A stretch of DNA of 61,177 nt, taken from positions 1-61,177 of the forward strand of contig JAFGRM010000035.1 in the NCBI GenBank assembly GCA_016935125.1, given 5' to 3'. The position numbers were made by a program, and so were the translations under genes. Numbering within the stretch: the first letter of the stretch is position 1; each line of letters begins with the position of its first letter. The stretch is from Candidatus Woesearchaeota archaeon. GTDB taxonomy: Archaea > Nanobdellota > Nanobdellia > Woesearchaeales > DSVV01. Below the pieces are notes generated by a model. The model worked only from the letters and a program-made list of their open reading frames with translations. It made no database searches and had not been told where the DNA came from. Of the stretch, positions 10,098-16,947 are shown piece after piece.

Positions 10098-10526
10098 TCA
10101 TTTCAGCATCTCATGCACCATCTTTTTGAGTTCAGTAGGATCAAAAGGCTTGGTTATATAATGGTCTGCACCCAGCTTAAGCCCTTGGATGATGTCCCTC
10201 TCCTGCCCTTTGGCGCTCAGCATCGCGACGATGATGTCCTTTGTCCTGGGATCATTCTTAAGTATCTCACACACCTCATAACCGTTGAGCTCAGGCATCA
10301 TCACGTCGAGAAGGATAAGGTCAGGCCTCTCTCTCTTGACCGCATCAAGCACGCCTTTTCCAGTCGCGACAAGTTTCAGTGAATAATCCTTATCAAATAT
10401 CATCCTCAACAGCTCAAGGATGTTCGGCTCATCGTCTGCGATGATTATCATCTTCTTTTGTTCAGCTCTTTTTTTCTTTAGCATCTTTAAGCACCTTTCT
10501 GTATATGCTGCAGTATGTGCATACAT
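10098..10526 (-). CDS. Stand-alone CheY-like response-regulator receiver
   Basis: IIIADDEP...DLILLDVMMPELNG...LSAKG...KPFDP motifs. The ORF-track start overlaps the upstream kinase by 65 nt, so the true start is probably the Met at 10484 or 10451. Confidence 0.85.
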   Translation of the reverse strand: MYAHTAAYTERCLKMLKKKRAEQKKMIIIADDEPNILELLRMIFDKDYSLKLVATGKGVLDAVKRERPDLILLDVMMPELNGYEVCEILKNDPRTKDIIVAMLSAKGQERDIIQGLKLGADHYITKPFDPTELKKMVHEMLK

Positions 10527-12321
10527 CGATCTTATCCAGGGACTGCATATTGCTGCTCTTCTTGCAGAACGTCCCTATGGTAAGCCAGCATCTCTTGTCG
10601 TTGCTCTTGTATGCAGGGCATCTTACCTTGTTGCACTTTTTTATCTCCCAGCATGCAGGCTGCTTTTCTGCCTCTTCCAGCTCAGTATGCTCTTTTGGAA
10701 GGGCTATACTGACTGTCGTGCCCTTGCCGAACACGCTCTTCACAGACAGGAGCCCGTTGTGAAGCCCGATTATCTCTTTTACTATCGGAAGACCCAGCCC
10801 AGTCCCTGTCTGTGTCCTTGTCAGATGGCTCTGGACCTGATAGAACTTGTTGAAGAGTTTAGGGATCTCAGATTTCTTTATCCCTATCCCTGTGTCGCGG
10901 ATATCTATTATGACATGATCCTTCTTGCTCATCGCCTTGACTGTTATCGTGCCGTTCTCTTTTGTGAACTTCACAGCATTGGAGATGATGTTCGTAAATA
11001 CCTGGCTGAGCTTTGCCCTGTCGGCCATAATCATGGGGAGGTTCTCAGGATACAGCTGCTTAAGGTGTATGCCCTTTTTTTCAGGAAGCCTTATCGCCGG
11101 GCACTTGGAGATGACATCTCTTATGTCTGTCTCCTCGAAGACTGCCTTGGCCTTCCCTGCCTCAAGCTTAGATAAGTCAAGTATATCGTCTATCAGCTCA
11201 TGCAGCACATCACTCTCCTTCTTGACTATCCCTATCGCTCTCATCTGGTCTTTCTGGAGCCTGCCGAACTTCTCGTCCAGAAGAAGGGTGGTGTACCCGA
11301 TTATGCTTGTAAGCGGCGTCCTGAGCTCATGTGAAACAGTGCTTATGAACTCGTTCTTCATGTCATCTATCTCTTTCAGTTTTGTTATGTCCTCGATGAC
11401 TGTGATAGTACCTGTTATCAGGTTCCTCTCGTTCTTGACAGGCGCGACAGTCGCCTTGATCACCCGCTTGCGCGGCTTCTCAAGAATCATCTCAACTGAT
11501 GATATGCTGACATTGCCTACAGGAAGCAGCCTGTTCTTGTCGATCTCAGGAAAGCTTGAGAAGAGCCTGTCTATCGAATACCTCTTCAGAAGATGGGCTA
11601 TATGCCTGTTAAGCATCTTTTCCCTGTCAATCTCAAAGAGTATCTCAGCTGCTGGATTAAATATCACTATCCTATGCTCTGAATCAGTCACAATCACGCT
11701 GTCTGCCATAGAATCTATAAGAAGCTCTGATTTCTGCTTCTCCTGCGATGCCATGTCTAAAAACCGCGACCTCTGCTTTATCGTACTGCTGAGCCTGTAT
11801 GCCATATCATTAAAAGAGTTTGCCAGCCTGCCAAGCTCGTCGCCGCCTTTTGACCTTATCTTTTGGTCATAGTGCCCCTCAGCTATAAGCTGGGTCGCTA
11901 TTATCATGTCATCGACAGGTTTTACTACGACTGCTGAAAATACTACTGCAGAGATTATCACAAACAAAAGCACTACTGAGAGAGATATCAATGCCATATC
12001 TGAAAAATTCAAGGCATGCTCTATTTCCGGCAGTTCATCTGCCGGCTCTGCAGTGCCACTGGTCAGGCTTGCGCTGCTACCTGTCAGGCTTGCACTTCCA
12101 TTTGCCAAGCCTGCACTGCTGCCATTATTGCCTTCTGCATCGTCTGCATTGGCTGCATTGGCATCTGACATGCCTATATTGCCGCCCGGCCCATCTGCAG
12201 GATCATCATTGCCATTGCCATTTAGGATGCTGTCCTTGACAATCAGGCCTGTAGCTCCACCAACAAGCAATGATATAAGGACTATAAACAGTACAATCTT
12301 CAGCTTTAGGCTAATACCCAT
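10462..12321 (-). CDS. Membrane sensor histidine kinase (TM, low-complexity loop, TM, HAMP, PAS, HisKA, HATPase_c) with a C-terminal Cys-rich two-CW-like tail
   Basis: Two TM helices, HAMP (GDELGRLANSFNDM), H-box SHELRTPLTSI and GTGLGL. The tail reads CWEIKKC..C....RCW....FC........C..C. Confidence 0.9.
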   Translation of the reverse strand: MGISLKLKIVLFIVLISLLVGGATGLIVKDSILNGNGNDDPADGPGGNIGMSDANAANADDAEGNNGSSAGLANGSASLTGSSASLTSGTAEPADELPEIEHALNFSDMALISLSVVLLFVIISAVVFSAVVVKPVDDMIIATQLIAEGHYDQKIRSKGGDELGRLANSFNDMAYRLSSTIKQRSRFLDMASQEKQKSELLIDSMADSVIVTDSEHRIVIFNPAAEILFEIDREKMLNRHIAHLLKRYSIDRLFSSFPEIDKNRLLPVGNVSISSVEMILEKPRKRVIKATVAPVKNERNLITGTITVIEDITKLKEIDDMKNEFISTVSHELRTPLTSIIGYTTLLLDEKFGRLQKDQMRAIGIVKKESDVLHELIDDILDLSKLEAGKAKAVFEETDIRDVISKCPAIRLPEKKGIHLKQLYPENLPMIMADRAKLSQVFTNIISNAVKFTKENGTITVKAMSKKDHVIIDIRDTGIGIKKSEIPKLFNKFYQVQSHLTRTQTGTGLGLPIVKEIIGLHNGLLSVKSVFGKGTTVSIALPKEHTELEEAEKQPACWEIKKCNKVRCPAYKSNDKRCWLTIGTFCKKSSNMQSLDKIDVCTYCSIYRKVLKDAKEKKS

Positions 12322-12508
12322 GCATACCCCCTGATAAAAAACTGTAACCCCAACAGTACACTATGATTATACTATGATCACAATATGACTGATTATTTTG
12401 ATTATATTAATCATACTTTATTAATCATACTTATATCAATTATCCCAATTATTAATTATACTATAACCAAAAACCACACAGCCGCCTGAAAAAGACCCAT
12501 GAAAAAAC

Positions 12509-12580
12509 AACACGCTTCTAACAAAACACGCTTCTAACAATAATCATTTAACAATAATCATCTAACAACACGCTTCTGCC
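12509..12580. repeat. Composite tandem array of 14-16-nt units ending in CTAACAA (AACACGCTTCTAACAA x2, TAATCAT[TC]TAACAA x2, plus a partial unit)
   Basis: Read directly. It lies in the 274-bp AT-rich spacer upstream of the membrane kinase gene. Confidence 0.6.
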
Positions 12581-12595
12581 AGAACACTGCAGCAC

Positions 12596-12802
12596 TCAAT
12601 CCGCTTCAAACTTCCCACGGACCTTATACTTGTCCGAGTTGAGGACCTTGTTGTAATAATCATCAAAGCTCTCTTTCTTCTTTCTTGAACCCTTATAATA
12701 ACGGAATATCCAGTATACAAGCAAAAGCGACAGCGGGACACACCATAAAAGGTCATATCCTTGCGTATTACCTATCATTATCATCACCTTGGGCTGATGC
12801 AA
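12596..12802 (-). CDS. Hypothetical small single-TM protein (68 aa)
   Basis: The ORF has a hydrophobic helix (LLWCVPLSLLLVYWIF) followed by a basic stretch. I recognise no homology, and it overlaps the upstream gene end by 19 nt. Confidence 0.3.
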   Translation of the reverse strand: MHQPKVMIMIGNTQGYDLLWCVPLSLLLVYWIFRYYKGSRKKKESFDDYYNKVLNSDKYKVRGKFEAD

Positions 12803-13860
12803 AGGGTATTGCAGATGCCAGTAAAATCCATCTTCTTCTGTATGATGCTTGCACCAGTAAGCTTATTTATCTTCATCTCGACCTTGGTCTTCGGCATGCT
12901 CTCTGAAAAGATGTAAGGGGCTATGTTCCTGTATGAAGACCTTATCTTTTTCTCAATATCATTGTCTGCGCTGATTATCACAAAGTTGTCCTTCAGCGTG
13001 TGCGCAACATAGCTCTTGTCTGAGGACCTTATTATGTCTGCTACCATCCTTGAAACAATGAGCACGAAATCATCTGCCTTCTTGTAACCGAATTCCTTCT
13101 TGTAATCCTCAAAGTTCCTAAAGCCCATGTTGTAGACTGTAAAATCCTTGATTGCGCCTTTAAGGTCATTGATATGGCCCTTGAATGACTCAATCCCTGG
13201 AAGCTTTGTAAGCGGATGCGTGTCAAGGTCCTGCTTGACCCTCCTCAACATGACTTTCACCCTTGCCTCAAGCTCCATAGGGTCAAACGGCTTTGTTATA
13301 TAGTCATCTGCGCCAAACCGCATCCCTTCAAGCTTGTCGCTCAACTGGCCTTTTGCAGACAGGATTATTATAGGGATATGCTGTGTCAAGGCATTTTCCT
13401 TAAGCCTCTTGCACACCTCATAACCGTTTATGCCTGGCATCATCAGGTCGAGGATTATTATATCAGGCGTCTCTGTATAGACCTTCTCAAGTGCATCAAG
13501 CCCTGAATATGCCTTAATGATATTATACCTGCATGAGATAATGCTCAATGCCACAAGGTCGACCACATGAGGCTCGTCATCGACAATGAGCACTGTCTGC
13601 AGGCTGCTTTTCTCGTTTATCCTCCAAAGCTTTGCCTGGGCAACACCCTCGCATGTGAGAAGCTTATGCGCCTTCATTATCTCAAGATATTTTGTGACAG
13701 TTATCCTGTTATGGCCTATCTTCTTGGCGATTTCGCTGCTGGAGGCTCCGAAACTCTTTGTGCTCAAAAAATTTAGTATCTTGGTCTTTATCTCAGTATT
13801 AAGGTTTTCCATCTCTTCCCCACACAATGCCTTATTATAAACAAAAATTATTATGAACAA
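12784..13860 (-). CDS. Winged-HTH, receiver and degenerate GGDEF-like domain regulator
   Basis: N-terminal wHTH (SSSEIAKKIGHNRITVTKYLE). REC domain (VLIVDDEP...DIIILDLMMPGING...LSAKG...KPFDP). The C-terminus aligns with the GGDEF fold (PLTKLPG..F....NF..Y...FGY..ADDF), but the signature reads LKDNF. The likely true start is the Met at 13812 (MENLNTEI). Confidence 0.8.
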   Translation of the reverse strand: MFIIIFVYNKALCGEEMENLNTEIKTKILNFLSTKSFGASSSEIAKKIGHNRITVTKYLEIMKAHKLLTCEGVAQAKLWRINEKSSLQTVLIVDDEPHVVDLVALSIISCRYNIIKAYSGLDALEKVYTETPDIIILDLMMPGINGYEVCKRLKENALTQHIPIIILSAKGQLSDKLEGMRFGADDYITKPFDPMELEARVKVMLRRVKQDLDTHPLTKLPGIESFKGHINDLKGAIKDFTVYNMGFRNFEDYKKEFGYKKADDFVLIVSRMVADIIRSSDKSYVAHTLKDNFVIISADNDIEKKIRSSYRNIAPYIFSESMPKTKVEMKINKLTGASIIQKKMDFTGICNTLCISPR

Positions 13861-13986
13861 AAACTATTGGCAAAAAGCCAAACAAAGGCTCAGTAAACGA
13901 TCTGAATCTCAAAGCAGAGCTTATTTAAATAGTTTATGGTTTTGATTAACAGAACTGTATATTGGGTTCCAACCCCCTTCCTTTTG

Positions 13987-14049
13987 TCATGCTGCAAACC
14001 TTCCCCACTCTATCATGCTGCAGGGATTCTCTTCTTCTGTCATGCTGCA
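13987..14049. repeat. Three copies of TCATGCTGCA (minus strand TGCAGCATGA) spaced 26-27 nt. The last copy contains the primase stop codon.
   Basis: Read directly. Copies lie at 13987-13996, 14013-14022 and 14040-14049. On the minus strand each is followed by a purine-rich stretch. Confidence 0.6.
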
Positions 14050-15779
14050 GGTGGTTCCCCTTTTCTGTCCTGTTTCCTGTCTCTCTCTTTGTCCTCTTCT
14101 TGCTTTTTTTGCATCTGCCTGTGCTTTCTGCGCATCTCTTTCTGCTCAGGAGTGAGCCTTGCTCTCGCACCTTTCTTGCCTGTCCCAGAAGCGATCCTGG
14201 ACTTAAGCACAGCATAGTTTACCGGGTTTTTTATCCGCGGGCAGAAATTGTCAGGCGTGCAGATCCTGAGATCCTTGTAGTACATCTTGTTGTCGCAGTT
14301 TGCAGGAAGCACCTTTTTCTTCTGCATCTTTGCCTGGGCTTTCCTATACCTTATCTGCCCCTTGAGAAGTACCTCACGAAGAGGCTCCTTATTCTTTTCG
14401 TTCCATCTCGACATGATATCATCGATCGCATCCCAGCTGTAGCCGGTATTGGAAAGAAAATTTATCAGGATGAACATCGCCCGTTTTTTGCCGTCAGAAA
14501 GCCCTTCAAGCGTCCTCTTGATGCAAGGGGGAAAGAACTCTTCAGGTATTGCGGACTCAAGCTCCTCATATTCAGACGACCTCTTCTCCTGCTTTTCTAC
14601 ACTGACGAACTGCTCTGAGCGCATCTCTTTTTCTCTTGCCTGAATATCATAGCTCAATGCGTTGTCAAAGAGCTCGCTTGCCTCTGAATAATCAGACCCA
14701 GTTATGTCAAGAAAGCTGAACCTTCCCTCCTCAACCATATCTGGGCGTGCCATCTCCTTTTCAAACAAGAGCACCTCGTCAGGGTTTACCGGGACAGAAA
14801 CAAGACCTGACTTCTCATGAAGGGAATAAACCATCCTATACATATGTCTGGGTGATATAAGCATCGCATCAAGGTTAAGCAGAGCCTCTGGGCTTGCTTT
14901 TCTTCCTATGTCATAGCTCATGCAACTTGGGCAGCGGCTTTCTGATGAAGGGGTTTCATCTGCAGCTGAAAGATCCTCTTTTTTCTGTATATGCCCGCAA
15001 CTCTTGCATACGCAGTAATCCTTGCCCTGCTCAAAAGTCAGGCTCTTCTCACACCTCTCACACTGAAAACCATTCTTCTGCCCGGCATTGGCATGTCCTA
15101 CAGCTTTTTTTCCGTGATTGCCGCTATCTGAAAAGACCGTGCTGCAGCGGTTGCACACATTCACAAACAATTCATCCCTTGGTATCCCTGTCTTTTCTGA
15201 GATAGTGCTAATCCCATCCATCTTGAGGAGGTCTTTTGTGAACGCAAACCCGTTCTCTTTTGAATCAATATAATCAGCAAGATAGTACAGTATCTTCTTT
15301 ATCTTGTCAGGAAACCAGAGCCTTGTCTCCTCTCCGCCCACCTTATCAGGAAACGCCTCGAACGGGACTGCAATATGAAAACCCTTGTTGCCAGAAAACT
15401 TGCAGCTGACCGACCTTATGCCATGCTTTTTGAGCGCCAGTATCAGGTGATGGGTGATAAGCCTTGAATATTCCCATACAGGACAATCTATGTCTAGTAC
15501 AAGATCCCAGCCTGTCCTGATCTCATCAAGCTCTGCAGGCCTAAGGCCTGGCTCGAGCCTGAACACGTTTGACCAGCGCTCTTCAGAGACATGAAAAGAG
15601 GTTGCCCGCTGTTTTGCAAACTCCAAGATATCCTTAGGATACTGAAGCGCGTCAGGCCTCTTCCCAAACCCTTTGTCACCGTATCTTACTGCAACCTCTC
15701 TTCCTATCGCTGTCTTGAGCATCGCATTCTGTATATCCTCGCGCTTGTAATGCCTAAGCGTTGTGCCTATGTCTATCAT
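14040..15779 (-). CDS. priS: DNA primase: catalytic PriS fused to a PriL C-terminal (Fe-S) domain-like module, with an internal Cys-rich insert and a basic tail
   Basis: PriS motifs DLVLDID, SGNKGFHIAVPF and RMVYSLHEKSG. Insert has CNRC...CERC...CKSC...CPSC. The C-terminus has FPPCIKRTL...LPANC...RIC...NFC (4 Cys), as in PriL-CTD. Confidence 0.85.
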   Translation of the reverse strand: MIDIGTTLRHYKREDIQNAMLKTAIGREVAVRYGDKGFGKRPDALQYPKDILEFAKQRATSFHVSEERWSNVFRLEPGLRPAELDEIRTGWDLVLDIDCPVWEYSRLITHHLILALKKHGIRSVSCKFSGNKGFHIAVPFEAFPDKVGGEETRLWFPDKIKKILYYLADYIDSKENGFAFTKDLLKMDGISTISEKTGIPRDELFVNVCNRCSTVFSDSGNHGKKAVGHANAGQKNGFQCERCEKSLTFEQGKDYCVCKSCGHIQKKEDLSAADETPSSESRCPSCMSYDIGRKASPEALLNLDAMLISPRHMYRMVYSLHEKSGLVSVPVNPDEVLLFEKEMARPDMVEEGRFSFLDITGSDYSEASELFDNALSYDIQAREKEMRSEQFVSVEKQEKRSSEYEELESAIPEEFFPPCIKRTLEGLSDGKKRAMFILINFLSNTGYSWDAIDDIMSRWNEKNKEPLREVLLKGQIRYRKAQAKMQKKKVLPANCDNKMYYKDLRICTPDNFCPRIKNPVNYAVLKSRIASGTGKKGARARLTPEQKEMRRKHRQMQKKQEEDKERDRKQDRKGEPPAA

Positions 15780-15961
15780 AAGGTTTGGGGGTGGAAGAGA
15801 TGTATATATAATTTATCGGTAGATGTCCATCTTGCTGCCATGTTGATCTGGATGCTACTGTTATCAGGCTGCTATGGCTATCTGACTGTTATGACACACC
15901 ATATGACTATTTATAAGTGAATAATTAAATATATATAGCCAATAGACAAAAATATATCCTG

Positions 15962-16945
15962 ATGTCAAACGATGTAATCAAAGTTATAAATGTCACAAAG
16001 CGGTTCGGGAAAAAGACTGTGCTCGATGATGTCAACCTTGACATAATGTCAGGTGAGATTTTCGGAATCATTGGCATGAGCGGCTCTGGCAAGACCACTC
16101 TTCTGAACACAATAATAGGGTTTCTTCAGCCTGAAGGGGGCGATGTCATGTTTAAGCTAGAGCACCTACTGAGCTTTTCAAACGATGAAAGGCAGTTCAG
16201 GTCGGTCTTCAGCAGCGAGAATGATGTCAAGAAGAGTTTTGGATTTGCTGCACAGACCCCTTCTATATATGCAAAGCTTACCTGTTTTGAGAACATGGAG
16301 TACTTCGGCCACCTCTATAACCTATCACACGATGTAAGGAGGACAAACATCGAGATACTCCTCAAACTGATGGGGATACATGACTCAAAGCATGTCCAGG
16401 CAATAAACCTTTCAGGAGGGATGCTCAAAAGGCTGGATATAGCGTGCGCACTCATCCACGACCCAAAGATTCTGATACTTGACGAGCCGACTGCCGACCT
16501 TGATCCATTACTAAGAAAGCAGATGTGGAAGCTTATAAAGCAGATCAATGAGAAAGGCACGACAATAATCCTCTCATCGCATTTCCTGGACGAGCTTGAG
16601 CTTCTCTGTGACAGGGTAGGCATACTCTTAAACGGCCATATAATAATGGCAGGCACGCCTGACCAGATCAAGTGCCACTTCACAAATGACCAGGAGATCA
16701 AGCTTGAGACCACCCCTGGAAAATACAAGGAGATAATCGAAAAGCTGAACCACACAGGAAAAAACCTTTCTATCAGCTCGATGGATGTTGTCGACAACAA
16801 GCTTGTCATATACACCTCTGCGCCGGAACGCAGCCTGCATCAGGTACTGCATATCGTTGAAGAGATGGACGAGATACTCCTGGATGTCACTGTCGAAAAG
16901 CCGTCGCTGCAGGAAGTGCTGGAGAAACTAAAGCTGGAAAAATAA
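15962..16945 (+). CDS. ABC transporter ATP-binding protein
   Basis: Walker A GMSGSGKTT, signature LSGGMLKR and Walker B ILILDEPT. Confidence 0.9.
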   Translation: MSNDVIKVINVTKRFGKKTVLDDVNLDIMSGEIFGIIGMSGSGKTTLLNTIIGFLQPEGGDVMFKLEHLLSFSNDERQFRSVFSSENDVKKSFGFAAQTPSIYAKLTCFENMEYFGHLYNLSHDVRRTNIEILLKLMGIHDSKHVQAINLSGGMLKRLDIACALIHDPKILILDEPTADLDPLLRKQMWKLIKQINEKGTTIILSSHFLDELELLCDRVGILLNGHIIMAGTPDQIKCHFTNDQEIKLETTPGKYKEIIEKLNHTGKNLSISSMDVVDNKLVIYTSAPERSLHQVLHIVEEMDEILLDVTVEKPSLQEVLEKLKLEK

Positions 16946-16947
16946 AG

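Noticed and set aside
10462-10526. 65-nt overlap between the kinase gene's 3' end and the receiver gene's 5' end, as a real overlapping-gene arrangement
   Set aside because: Internal Met codons at 10484 and 10451 give normal receiver N-termini (MLKKK... or MIIIADDEP). The long overlap is most likely an artefact of longest-ORF calling.
12509-14049. CRISPR array, considered for the short repeat clusters at 12509-12580 and 13987-14049
   Set aside because: The repeats are 10-16 nt, with 0-17-nt spacers and only 3-5 units. No cas genes are present, and the repeat and spacer sizes are far below CRISPR ranges.
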